Shown here: positions 37,578 through 46,948 of the stretch, in pieces | How positions within the stretch are numbered: position 1 is the first letter of the stretch | Layout: every line of letters starts with the position of its first letter | Assembly: GCA_036308125.1 (NCBI GenBank) | Contig: JAXJWH010000136.1 | Location: forward strand, 23,499-87,498 | Length of the DNA: 64,000 nt | Reading direction: 5' to 3' | Origin: Agathobacter sp. | Lineage (GTDB): Bacteria; Bacillota; Clostridia; Lachnospirales; Lachnospiraceae | The notes under the pieces: generated by a model | What the model was told of the DNA's origin: nothing | Seen by the model: only the letters and a program-made list of their open reading frames with translations | The model's database searches: none | Program-made: the position numbers and the translations under genes

Positions 37578-37781
37578 CTACAACACTATTTATAATTTAT
37601 CCAGCAGTAACATTCTGCCACTTTAAATCATAATTATACTTTCATCTACAACATTATTTATGATTCATCTGGCAATAACATTCTGCCACTTTAAATCATT
37701 ATTATACTTTCATCTACAACATTATTTTCGATTTGCTTGCCAATAACTTTCCGCCACTTATAATCATAATGATTCCTCCGG
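37578..37781 (-). repeat. Three tandem 68-bp units; the third is the authentic 3' end of the small ORF 37714-37866
   Basis: Units are 37578-37645, 37646-37713 and 37714-37781. Units 1 and 2 differ at 7/68 positions (my count); units 2 and 3 are roughly three-quarters identical. Confidence 0.8.
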
Positions 37782-37866
37782 CAATTCCTGCAACTATGCA
37801 TACGATTCCTGCAACAATATTAAACGAACCTGCCCTTTTCATTGTTTTATAAACTTTTTCTTCCAT
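37714..37866 (-). CDS. 50-aa small membrane protein, absent from the ORF track; paralog of 20520-20672
   Basis: Translation MEEKVYKTMKRAGSFNIVAGIVCIVAGIAGGIIMIISGGKLLASKSKIML. Same length and architecture as the other copy. Confidence 0.55.
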   Translation of the reverse strand: MEEKVYKTMKRAGSFNIVAGIVCIVAGIAGGIIMIISGGKLLASKSKIML

Positions 37867-38002
37867 AATCACTTTTCTCTTTTTTCAATTTATACTTAAT
37901 GCAAAATGTCCAAGACAGATAATACAAAAGTAATCTCAACCCTACCTCAACTAAACCTCAACTTTTGTTGAGAAAACTAATTTATATTTCTGATTATTAT
38001 AA

Positions 38003-39028
38003 TTATTCTTTTACTTTTATTAGTTTCACAATAAACCTGCACCCTTTTGGTGTTACATCTTCAACAAAAACCTGCCCACCACATAAATCAAGAATTTGCT
38101 TTACAAGAGCTAATCCCAATCCGTTACCCTCTTGCTTTCGTGAGCTGTCCGTCTGATAAAACTTATTAAAAACTTTTTTCTGCAAATCTTTTGGAATTCC
38201 CATACCTTCATCTTCAATATCAAATACATAGAAACTGCCCTCACTTGTCAAACTCATTTTTATTATTCCATTTTGAGGACTAAACTTTATTGCATTATCA
38301 ATCAAATTATTCCAAACATGTTGTAATAAATATTCGTTGCCATCATATGTGACAGATTCAAATTCCACATCAAATTCAATTCCTTTTTCCAGCCATTTAG
38401 GCTCCATCAGTAAAATAGACTGTCTTATCTGCTCATCCAGTCTGAATGCTTTTTTCTTAGTTTCAATAACCTGATTTTCAATCTTTGATAAAAGCAAAAT
38501 ATTACCAACAAGTTCTGAAAGTCTTCTCGTATTATATAATATTTTATTAATAAATTCCTTCTTATTTTCTTCCGAAATTTCATCATCCTGAAGCAACATT
38601 GTATATCCTTCAATAGATGTAATTGGTGTCTTAATCTCATGGGATACATTTGACACAAAATCACTTTGCAAAATTTCTGTAGAACGAAGCTCTTTTGTCA
38701 TAATATTAAATTTATCATAAATATTTTTTATTTCCCTTATTCGATTTTCCGACTCCAAGTGAATATCAAAATTTCCATTTGCAACCTCATCCATGGCATC
38801 ACTTAATCTTTCAATCGGTTTAAGCAAAATTTTATTTACAAACCACGACATTGTACCCCCGATCATAACTGCGAGAATCCAAATCAAAACATTTGCGGAT
38901 ATATTATTTTGAGGAATTTCCAGCAAATATGAAAAAAAAGCTATTATAAGAAAAACAATCAATATTTCAATAACTGCCGCAACAGTAAATAAAATACTTA
39001 CACCTAATCTTATTTTTTCCTTTTTCAT
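38003..39028 (-). CDS. Sensor histidine kinase (two TM segments, HAMP, HisKA, HATPase)
   Basis: H-box SHEIKTPITSIEGY; N/G boxes DNAIKF and GNGLGLALVK. It overlaps the upstream regulator gene by 4 nt. Confidence 0.85.
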   Translation of the reverse strand: MKKEKIRLGVSILFTVAAVIEILIVFLIIAFFSYLLEIPQNNISANVLIWILAVMIGGTMSWFVNKILLKPIERLSDAMDEVANGNFDIHLESENRIREIKNIYDKFNIMTKELRSTEILQSDFVSNVSHEIKTPITSIEGYTMLLQDDEISEENKKEFINKILYNTRRLSELVGNILLLSKIENQVIETKKKAFRLDEQIRQSILLMEPKWLEKGIEFDVEFESVTYDGNEYLLQHVWNNLIDNAIKFSPQNGIIKMSLTSEGSFYVFDIEDEGMGIPKDLQKKVFNKFYQTDSSRKQEGNGLGLALVKQILDLCGGQVFVEDVTPKGCRFIVKLIKVKE

Positions 39029-39696
39029 CTCTTAACCACCTTATAACCTATTCCTCTCATAGTTACAATTTCAAAATCCTCATTTTCTTTAAATTTTTCT
39101 CTTAATCTGCTTATGTGAACCTCTACCGTATGAGTATCAGTTTCACTTTCATATCCCCATATATCATCCATCAATTGTTGACGTGTAAAAATTTTTCCAG
39201 GATATGAAGCCATTTTATAAAGAAGCATAAACTCTTTTTGTGGTAAAATGATTTTTTCCTGACCAGTTATCACTGTAAAAGTATCCATTTCCATAACTGT
39301 ATTCCCCAAAGACTGCTTTCTTTCATTATTAATTTTTGCACGCCTTAATAATGCCCCAACTCTCAAAAGCATTTCATTGACATTAATTGGTTTAACCATA
39401 TAATCATCAGTTCCAGATAAAAATCCCTCCTGCATGTCATCAAAGGCATCCTTTGCTGTAATCATCAAAACCGGAGTTTGGTCGTTCGACTCTCTCATAG
39501 TCCGAACCAATTCAAACCCGTCCATAACCGGCATCATTACATCTGAAATAAGTAAATCAAATTTTTCTTTATTCATCGCCTCTAAAGCTTCTCTTCCATC
39601 TGAAACAGTAACAACACTGTATCCTTTTTGCAATAAAACATGCTTAAATAATTGACTTACATCATAATCATCCTCCGCAATTAATATCCTAATCAT
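39025..39696 (-). CDS. OmpR/PhoB-family response regulator
   Basis: Receiver ILIAEDD..LISDVMMPVMDG; winged-helix C-terminus VEVHISRLREK..IVTMRGIGYK. Confidence 0.9.
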   Translation of the reverse strand: MIRILIAEDDYDVSQLFKHVLLQKGYSVVTVSDGREALEAMNKEKFDLLISDVMMPVMDGFELVRTMRESNDQTPVLMITAKDAFDDMQEGFLSGTDDYMVKPINVNEMLLRVGALLRRAKINNERKQSLGNTVMEMDTFTVITGQEKIILPQKEFMLLYKMASYPGKIFTRQQLMDDIWGYESETDTHTVEVHISRLREKFKENEDFEIVTMRGIGYKVVKR

Positions 39697-39764
39697 AAGC
39701 CCCTCCTTTTAATTTTTTCCAGTATTTCACTATCAAATCTGACAATTTAAAAGAATTATAAAAA

Positions 39765-39796
39765 ATCCTCATATCAGTAAAAACTGATATGAGGAT
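39765..39796 (-). terminator. ppdK terminator
   Basis: Perfect 13-bp stem atcctcatatcag/ctgatatgaggat, followed on the minus strand by a T-run. Confidence 0.85.
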
Positions 39797-39846
39797 TCAA
39801 ATACTAACTTATGTATCATAAGTTAAGCATATAAATTTCCGTTCTA

Positions 39847-42483
39847 TTATTTGTTAGAAATAGCAGCCTGAGCAGCAGCAAGTCTAGCGATTGGTACACG
39901 GAATGGTGAACATGATACATAATCAAGACCAATCTTGTGGCAGAACTCAACTGATGAAGGATCTCCACCGTGCTCTCCACAGATACCAACGTGAAGGTTA
40001 GGATTAACTGGTTTTCCAAGCTTAATAGCTGTCTCCATTAATTTACCAACACCTGTCTGATCTAACTTAGCAAATGGATCGTTCTCGAAGATCTTTGTAT
40101 CATAGTAAGCATCTAAGAACTTACCAGCATCATCACGAGAGAATCCAAATGTCATCTGTGTAAGATCGTTTGTACCGAAGCAGAAGAAATCAGCCTCAGA
40201 AGCGATCTCATCAGCTGTAAGAGCAGCTCTTGGGATCTCGATCATTGTACCTACATGATACTTAAGCTCAACACCTGCAGCAGCGATTTCAGCATCAGCT
40301 GTCTCTACTACTACCTTCTTAACATATTTAAGCTCTTTAACTTCACATACAAGTGGAATCATGATTTCTGGCTCAACAGCCCAATCTGGATGAGCAGCTT
40401 TAACTTCGATTGCTGCACGGATAACAGCCTTTGTCTGCATCTTAGCGATTTCTGGATAAGTTACAGCAAGACGACATCCTCTGTGTCCCATCATTGGGTT
40501 GAACTCATGAAGGCTATCGATGATAGTCTTGATATCTTCTACACTCTTGCCCTGAGCCTTAGCAAGCTTCTCGATATCTTCCTCTTCTGTAGGAACGAAC
40601 TCATGAAGTGGTGGATCAAGGAAACGAATTGTAACTGGGTTACCTTCAAGTGCTTCATAAAGAGCCTTGAAATCTCCCTGCTGGTATGGAAGAATCTTCT
40701 CAAGAGCAGCTTCTCTTTCTTCTACTGTATCAGCACAAATCATCTCACGGAATGCAGCAATTCTGTCTTCCTCGAAGAACATATGCTCTGTACGGCAAAG
40801 TCCGATTCCTTCTGCACCAAGCTCACGAGCCTTCTTAGCATCTGCTGGAGTATCTGCATTTGTACGAACCTTAAGAGTTCTATACTTGTCAGCCCAAGCC
40901 ATAACACGTCCAAACTCACCTGCGATCTGAGCGTCAACAGTTGGGATAAGACCTGCGTAGATGTTACCTGTTGTTCCATCGATAGAGATTTCAGATCCCT
41001 CTGTGAATGTCTGACCAGCTAATGTGAACTTCTTGTTCTCTTCGTCCATAGCGATGTCACCACATCCAGATACACAACATGTTCCCATTCCACGAGCAAC
41101 TACGGCAGCGTGTGATGTCATACCACCACGAACTGTAAGGATACCCTGAGCAGCCTTCATTCCTGTGATATCTTCTGGAGATGTTTCAAGACGTACAAGA
41201 ACTACTTTCTCTCCTCTTTCAGCCCATTCTACAGCATCATCAGCTGTAAATACAACTTTACCACAAGCAGCTCCTGGAGAAGCTCCAAGTCCCTTTCCAA
41301 GTGGTGTTGCAGCTTTAAGAGCAGCAGCATCAAACTGTGGATGTAATAATGTATCTAAGTTACGAGGATCAATCATTAATACAGCTTCTTCCTCTGTCTT
41401 ATGTCCTTCATCAACAAGGTCACAAGCAATCTTAAGAGCAGCTGGAGCTGTTCTCTTACCGTTACGGCACTGAAGCATATAAAGTTTCTTGTTCTCAACA
41501 GTAAACTCCATATCCTGCATGTCATGGTAATGATTCTCAAGTGTCTCACATACTTTAAGGAATTCAGCATATGCTTCTGGGAATTCCTTCTCCATCTCAG
41601 CGATTGGCATTGGTGTACGAACACCAGCAACTACGTCTTCACCCTGAGCATTGATAAGGAACTCACCCATAAGTTTGTTCTCACCTGTAGCTGGATCACG
41701 AGTAAATGCAACACCTGTACCTGATTCATTATTTAAGTTACCGAATACCATTGGCATTACGTTAACAGCTGTTCCCCATGAATATGGGATATCGTTATCA
41801 CGACGGTAAACATTAGCACGTGGGTTATCCCATGACTTAAATACAGCCTCAATAGCAAGCTTTAACTGCTCTACTGGATCTGAAGGGAAATCCTGTCCTA
41901 ACTGTTTCTTGTACTCAGCCTTGAACTGTCCAGCAAGTTCCTTAAGGTCAGCTGCTGTAAGGTCAACGTCGTACTTAACACCCTTCTTCTCTTTCATCTC
42001 GTCGATAAGCTGCTCGAAGTACTTCTTACCAACTTCCATAACTACGTCAGAGAACATCTGGATAAATCTTCTATATGAGTCATATACGAAACGCTCGAAA
42101 GCTGGATCTGGGTTACCCTTGATCATAGCTTCTACTACTTCGTCATTTAATCCAAGGTTAAGGATAGTATCCATCATACCAGGCATAGATGCTCTAGCTC
42201 CAGAACGAACTGAAACTAATAATGGATTCTGAAGGTCTCCGAATTTCTTTCCGTTAACTTCTTCCATCCACTTAACACCTTCCATAGTCTGAGCCATGAT
42301 TTCGTCGTTAATTTTACGACCATCCTCATAGTACTGTGTACAAGCTTCTGTTGTAATTGTGAATCCCTGTGGTACAGGAAGACCGATTTCTGTCATCTCT
42401 GCAAGGTTTGCGCCCTTACCACCAAGTAAGTTACGCATAGACATATTACCCTCTTTAAAGGTATATACCCACTTGTTTGCCAT
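39847..42483 (-). CDS. ppdK: Pyruvate, phosphate dikinase
   Basis: MANKWVYTFKEG..GGKGANLAEM, the phospho-His region GGMTSHAAVVARG and the C-terminal PEP-utilising domain. Start set at MANK (AGGAGG upstream). Confidence 0.95.
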   Translation of the reverse strand: MANKWVYTFKEGNMSMRNLLGGKGANLAEMTEIGLPVPQGFTITTEACTQYYEDGRKINDEIMAQTMEGVKWMEEVNGKKFGDLQNPLLVSVRSGARASMPGMMDTILNLGLNDEVVEAMIKGNPDPAFERFVYDSYRRFIQMFSDVVMEVGKKYFEQLIDEMKEKKGVKYDVDLTAADLKELAGQFKAEYKKQLGQDFPSDPVEQLKLAIEAVFKSWDNPRANVYRRDNDIPYSWGTAVNVMPMVFGNLNNESGTGVAFTRDPATGENKLMGEFLINAQGEDVVAGVRTPMPIAEMEKEFPEAYAEFLKVCETLENHYHDMQDMEFTVENKKLYMLQCRNGKRTAPAALKIACDLVDEGHKTEEEAVLMIDPRNLDTLLHPQFDAAALKAATPLGKGLGASPGAACGKVVFTADDAVEWAERGEKVVLVRLETSPEDITGMKAAQGILTVRGGMTSHAAVVARGMGTCCVSGCGDIAMDEENKKFTLAGQTFTEGSEISIDGTTGNIYAGLIPTVDAQIAGEFGRVMAWADKYRTLKVRTNADTPADAKKARELGAEGIGLCRTEHMFFEEDRIAAFREMICADTVEEREAALEKILPYQQGDFKALYEALEGNPVTIRFLDPPLHEFVPTEEEDIEKLAKAQGKSVEDIKTIIDSLHEFNPMMGHRGCRLAVTYPEIAKMQTKAVIRAAIEVKAAHPDWAVEPEIMIPLVCEVKELKYVKKVVVETADAEIAAAGVELKYHVGTMIEIPRAALTADEIASEADFFCFGTNDLTQMTFGFSRDDAGKFLDAYYDTKIFENDPFAKLDQTGVGKLMETAIKLGKPVNPNLHVGICGEHGGDPSSVEFCHKIGLDYVSCSPFRVPIARLAAAQAAISNK

Positions 42484-42766
42484 TTTGCAATTCCTCCTAA
42501 AAATATATTTTGAATGGTAAACCATTCATTTACTATTTTATTTATAGTGCAACTCCTTCTCAAGTCGCACATAAAATATTTTAACACATATTTTTCAAAT
42601 TACAACACATATTAGAGAAATTAACAAGCAATTTTTCGAAAAAATTTATATTTGGTACGCTATATATATAAATTTATGCATATGCGTATACCAAATATTG
42701 TGCCTTTAACCAATCGATCAAATGAATTTATCTATGCAATCAAAAGTTTATGTCTGCATATAAAAA

Positions 42767-42793
42767 CCTGCACCGAAATATTCCCGGTACAGG
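42767..42793 (-). terminator. glyQS terminator
   Basis: Stem cctgcaccg/cggtacagg (8 of 9 pairs), followed on the minus strand by TTTTTA. Located 16 nt after the stop codon. Confidence 0.65.
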
Positions 42794-42808
42794 CTTAAAA
42801 TTTAATTA

Positions 42809-44206
42809 TTAAAATTCAAATTTCTTTGCAAAATATGCATCTAAATCTTCAATCTTAACTCTGTCCTGCTGCATTGTGTCACGATCTCTTACTGTAACAC
42901 AACCATCTTCCTGTGAATCAAAATCATATGTTACACAGAATGGAGTTCCAATCTCATCCTGACGACGGTAACGCTTACCGATAGTTCCTCTATCGTCATA
43001 TTCACAGTTGTATGTCTTTGAAAGATGTGCAAATACCTTCTCAGCATCTTCATTTAATTTCTTCGATAATGGAAGAACACCAATCTTAACAGGAGCAAGT
43101 GCTGGATGGAAATGGAATACTGTTCTTACATCAGGTTTTTCCTCTGTTCCAATATTCTCTTCATCATATGCTGCACATAAGAATGCAAGTACAACTCGGT
43201 CTGCTCCAAGTGATGGCTCGATAACATATGGAACATATCTTTCACCCTTCTGGTCGTCAAAGTATGTAAGATCCTCGCCTGATACATTCTGATGCTGTGT
43301 AAGGTCATAATCTGTTCTATCAGCAATTCCCCAAAGTTCTCCCCAGCCAAATGGGAATTTAAATTCAATATCTGTTGTTCCCTTTGAATAGAAACATAAT
43401 TCTTCTGGTGAATGGTCACGAAGTCTCATCTCATCCTCTTTGATTCCAAGGGAAAGTAACCAGTCTCTGCAGAATCCTCTCCAATACTGGAACCATTCCA
43501 AATCTGTTCCAGGCTCACAGAAAAATTCAAGCTCCATCTGCTCAAATTCTCTTGTACGGAATGTAAAGTTACCTGGAGTAATCTCATTACGGAATGATTT
43601 ACCAATCTGTCCAATTCCAAATGGAATCTTCTTTCTTGACGTACGCTGAACATTCTTGAAGTTAACGAAAATACCCTGAGCAGTCTCAGGTCTTAAATAT
43701 ACAGTATTTTTAGCATCTTCTGTTACACCCTGGAATGTCTTAAACATAAGGTTGAACTGACGAATATCTGTAAAATTGTGTTTTCCACATGAAGGACAGC
43801 ATACGTTATGCTCTTCGATAAAGTTTACCATTTGCTCATTTGTCCATCCATCTACAGAACCGCCTAAATCAATTCCGTTTTCCTCTGCGAAATCTTCAAT
43901 AATCTTATCTGCCCTAAAGCGCTCATGACACTCTTTACAATCCATAAGTGGATCTGAGAAACCACCTAAATGACCAGATGCAACCCAAGTCTGAGGATTC
44001 ATAAGAATCGCACAATCAACTCCTACATTGTAAGGATTTTCCTGAATAAATTTCTTCCACCATGCCTTTTTTACATTGTTTTTTAATTCAACTCCAAGAT
44101 TTCCATAATCCCATGTATTAGCAAGTCCGCCATAAATTTCTGAACCCGGATATACAAATCCTCTTGCTTTTGCCACCTGAACAATTTTTTCCATGGTCTT
44201 TTCCAT
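42809..44206 (-). CDS. glyQS: Glycine--tRNA ligase (dimeric class II GlyQS type)
   Basis: [22 protein letters not shown] and [25 protein letters not shown] motifs. Confidence 0.95.
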   Translation of the reverse strand: MEKTMEKIVQVAKARGFVYPGSEIYGGLANTWDYGNLGVELKNNVKKAWWKKFIQENPYNVGVDCAILMNPQTWVASGHLGGFSDPLMDCKECHERFRADKIIEDFAEENGIDLGGSVDGWTNEQMVNFIEEHNVCCPSCGKHNFTDIRQFNLMFKTFQGVTEDAKNTVYLRPETAQGIFVNFKNVQRTSRKKIPFGIGQIGKSFRNEITPGNFTFRTREFEQMELEFFCEPGTDLEWFQYWRGFCRDWLLSLGIKEDEMRLRDHSPEELCFYSKGTTDIEFKFPFGWGELWGIADRTDYDLTQHQNVSGEDLTYFDDQKGERYVPYVIEPSLGADRVVLAFLCAAYDEENIGTEEKPDVRTVFHFHPALAPVKIGVLPLSKKLNEDAEKVFAHLSKTYNCEYDDRGTIGKRYRRQDEIGTPFCVTYDFDSQEDGCVTVRDRDTMQQDRVKIEDLDAYFAKKFEF

Positions 44207-44226
44207 TTTCTTGTTCCTCCTAAACG

Positions 44227-45000
44227 TTATTTATATATTATGTATGTATATGTCTGCTTTAAAGCAGTTTCATTATCATCATTAAAATTAAATACAACTT
44301 CCTGCTGTGCCTCAGTGTCAAGCTCTAACAATTCATCTTCACTTACACTGGTATCAGCCATCTCACTTTGAGAACTTTCTTCAGTAACAACGCTCTCCGT
44401 TCCTTCCTGCTCCTCTTGTCCTAAGAGATTTTCGCCATCACATATAGCTATTGTATTCTCATCCACAAGTTTTGTATTAACAGCTGAGGCATATACAATA
44501 GTCCCATCTACCTTAACATTCACATTTCCCTTGATAACTACAACTTTAAGTCCATCCTCATTGATAAAATCATCCTTACTGCACTCACTTACGTTATCAC
44601 CGTCAATTTTTGCAAATTTTTCAGCAAAATCATATTTATTTGCAAGTGCTTCAGCCATAGTACCGGCAAACAATTCCTCTCCGTCAAAGGATGAATAATC
44701 TAATGCATTATCATATTCCAAAGTCAATGTTGCATTTCCATCTTCTACTTTAAGTGATTTCATTTTTACACTGTTTTTGCCGTTTTTGTCTGTGTAATCT
44801 TCTATCTGATCTTTTACATAATCTTTAAATTCATCTTCGCTATATGTATCTTTATCAAATTTTTCAACACTTGTTGATACAATTTTTCCATCATCCAATA
44901 TAAAAACAGTATTTTGCTTTGCTTCATAATTTTTTCCGCACCCTGACATCAGTCCAAGACATAAAGCAAGAACCAAGCCATTCGCCATTATCTTTTTCAT
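44227..45000 (-). CDS. Lipoprotein of unknown function with acidic C-terminal tail
   Basis: Start set at MKKIMANG (GAGGAGG 7 nt upstream). Lipobox LMSGC. Confidence 0.65.
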   Translation of the reverse strand: MKKIMANGLVLALCLGLMSGCGKNYEAKQNTVFILDDGKIVSTSVEKFDKDTYSEDEFKDYVKDQIEDYTDKNGKNSVKMKSLKVEDGNATLTLEYDNALDYSSFDGEELFAGTMAEALANKYDFAEKFAKIDGDNVSECSKDDFINEDGLKVVVIKGNVNVKVDGTIVYASAVNTKLVDENTIAICDGENLLGQEEQEGTESVVTEESSQSEMADTSVSEDELLELDTEAQQEVVFNFNDDNETALKQTYTYIIYK

Positions 45001-45068
45001 ATAATTCCTCCTCATATCAAATAACAATCTTAACTATTATACACTTTAATATGAATGATTTCAAGAAG

Positions 45069-45818
45069 CTATAAAAATACTTTGGTATCTTTCATAATTT
45101 CCAGCGATTTAAAATCATGATGCACATAAAATTTTATATATTCATCAACAATTTGTATTAACTGACTAAGTACTTCTTCTGATACAGAAAAATTGAATAA
45201 TTTTTCCGGTTTCGAAGCCACTATATATTGCAATGTATATCTTGTTGCTTCAGAAATCTCTATTCCATTTTCCATGCCAGAACACCTATCGCAATATAAC
45301 CCAGCCCTTTTCACAGAAAATCTACGCAGATTTTCTGTTCCATGGCAGTTCACACAATAAAATACATTAGGTCCTTCACCATTAATTGTTATTGCTTTCA
45401 ATTCAAATATTGCTTTAACCAGACTGTTGTCAAAGGACTGACTTTCAAGCGCCCTAAGAGACTGATATAGTAATTTCAACATCTCAATTTCATCATTATT
45501 TTCCTGACAGAAATAATCTGCAAATTCCAGAAAATAGAAACCAATATATACAGCGTCAAGATTGTTTGTTAATTCCCTGAAATATTTTTTGATAGATGCT
45601 TTTGATAAATTATATGCATTTTTTCCTTCAAATAACTCAAATTCACCAAACGAAAAGGGGGCAGTTGCTGCAAGAAGCTGACTATTCTGCCGTCTTGCTC
45701 CCCTTGCAAACGCAACTATCTTCCCCCTTTCCTTTGTTAATATAGTTATTCTTTTATCGTAATCTCCCACAGGCATCGCTTTTAACACAATGCCTGTCAA
45801 CACAACTGACTGCGTCAT
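45069..45818 (-). CDS. recO: DNA repair protein RecO
   Basis: N-terminal OB-fold pattern GIVLKAMPVGDYDKRITILTKERGKI and a zinc-finger CxxC...CxxC. The era-yqzL-recO synteny is conserved. Confidence 0.9.
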   Translation of the reverse strand: MTQSVVLTGIVLKAMPVGDYDKRITILTKERGKIVAFARGARRQNSQLLAATAPFSFGEFELFEGKNAYNLSKASIKKYFRELTNNLDAVYIGFYFLEFADYFCQENNDEIEMLKLLYQSLRALESQSFDNSLVKAIFELKAITINGEGPNVFYCVNCHGTENLRRFSVKRAGLYCDRCSGMENGIEISEATRYTLQYIVASKPEKLFNFSVSEEVLSQLIQIVDEYIKFYVHHDFKSLEIMKDTKVFL

Positions 45819-45927
45819 TTGTCTTGTATTCCTTCTTTACTATATTTTCTTCCTGCTTATCCTTGCAATAAACTAAATAGTCTGTAATCTTTCCTGTTGC
45901 CCAAAATTCTTCCCAGGTTTTCTCCAT
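45754..45927 (-). CDS. YqzL-like small protein
   Basis: MEKTWEEFWATGKITDYLVY resembles the YqzL family, which is encoded between era and recO in Bacilli. Start set at the third ATG (GGAGGG 7 nt upstream). The 3' end overlaps recO by 65 nt. Confidence 0.45.
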   Translation of the reverse strand: MEKTWEEFWATGKITDYLVYCKDKQEENIVKKEYKTNDAVSCVDRHCVKSDACGRLR

Positions 45928-46024
45928 ATGCATACCCTCCATTTACAACGTAAATCAATACATTTTGTAATGTTAGAATCTGCATTCTACCTGACTATAT
46001 ACCCGAAAAAATATGGTAGGAAAA

Positions 46025-46933
46025 CTACTTATCCTCGTCTCTGTAGCCGAAGTTTTTAATTAAAAAGTCACTATCTCTCCAGTCCTTTTTAACTTTAACC
46101 CATAATTTTAAATTTACTTTTGCATCAAGCAATTTTTCCATTTCATATCGTGCGTTTGAGCCTATCTTTTTAAGCATAGACCCTTGCTTACCAATGATAA
46201 TTCCCTTATGAGATTCTCTCTCACATACAATTGTTGCATCTATATCTAGCATATTACCCTTTTTTCTTGCCTTCATCTGGTCAATTGAAACAGCAATTCC
46301 ATGTGGTACTTCATCATTTAATGCATGCAATGCTTTTTCACGAATTATTTCCGCACATATAGCTCTCTCCGGCTGGTCTGTTATTGTATCCTCATCATAG
46401 AATAAAGGACCGTATGGCAGGTATTTAAAAATCGAATCAATAACATCATCCATATTCTGACCTCTCAAGGCCGATGTTGGTATTATTTCATCAAAATCAT
46501 ACAATTTACGATAAGTATCAATGTATTCAAGAACTTTATCTTTTTCAATTGTATCCATTTTATTAATTATTAAAATAACCGGTGTCGTACACTTTTTCAA
46601 CTGTTCAATTATATGCTGTTCACCTGCACCAACAAAATTACTAGGTTCTACAAGCCATAAAATAACATCAACTTCCTTTAATGTTCTCTCAGCAACATTA
46701 ACCATGTATTCACCAAGTTTGTTTTTTGCCTTATGAATACCAGGAGTATCAACAAATACAATCTGTCCCTTATCCATATCAGTATATACAGTCTGAATTC
46801 TGTTTCTGGTAGTTTGTGGCTTATTTGATGTAATAGCAATCTTTTGACCTATTAACCTGTTCATCAATGTGGATTTTCCAACATTTGGTCTTCCAATAAT
46901 TGTTACAAATCCTGACTTAAAATTCTCTGTCAT
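46025..46933 (-). CDS. era: GTPase Era
   Basis: GRPNVGKST, DTPG and NKMD G-motifs plus a C-terminal KH domain. Confidence 0.95.
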   Translation of the reverse strand: MTENFKSGFVTIIGRPNVGKSTLMNRLIGQKIAITSNKPQTTRNRIQTVYTDMDKGQIVFVDTPGIHKAKNKLGEYMVNVAERTLKEVDVILWLVEPSNFVGAGEQHIIEQLKKCTTPVILIINKMDTIEKDKVLEYIDTYRKLYDFDEIIPTSALRGQNMDDVIDSIFKYLPYGPLFYDEDTITDQPERAICAEIIREKALHALNDEVPHGIAVSIDQMKARKKGNMLDIDATIVCERESHKGIIIGKQGSMLKKIGSNARYEMEKLLDAKVNLKLWVKVKKDWRDSDFLIKNFGYRDEDK

Positions 46934-46948
46934 ATAGCACTCCTATTC

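Noticed and set aside
37578-37781. Possibility that the 68-bp repeats are a CRISPR array or a mobile-element end.
   Set aside because: The units are contiguous with no unique spacers. There are no cas genes, transposase or inverted terminal repeats, and one unit is simply the 3' end of a coding sequence.
40255-41022. A 255-aa plus-strand ORF, and several 80-110-aa ORFs on both strands, inside the ppdK region.
   Set aside because: They lie entirely within the strongly supported ppdK reading frame, either antisense or out of frame. Their translations are low-complexity (S/C/L-rich) with no start context. These are typical shadow ORFs. The same reasoning applies to the other short overlapping ORFs in the track, for example 580-849, 2888-3070, 5736-6098, 11882-12145, 16596-17009, 27490-27696, 57170-57517, 59074-59508 and 63610-63837.
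39847-42483. Visibly higher GC and different codon usage in ppdK compared with neighbouring genes, as a possible sign of horizontal transfer.
   Set aside because: This is better explained by the strong codon bias of a highly expressed glycolytic gene. Similar but milder bias is seen in glyQS, ilvD and csp, and no mobility genes or flanking repeats are present.
45754-45818. A 65-nt overlap between the YqzL-like ORF and recO, as a possible programmed frameshift or fusion.
   Set aside because: The recO N-terminus is canonical from its ATG at 45818. The overlap most likely reflects the YqzL-like ORF simply extending into the recO start region. No slippery sequence was noticed.
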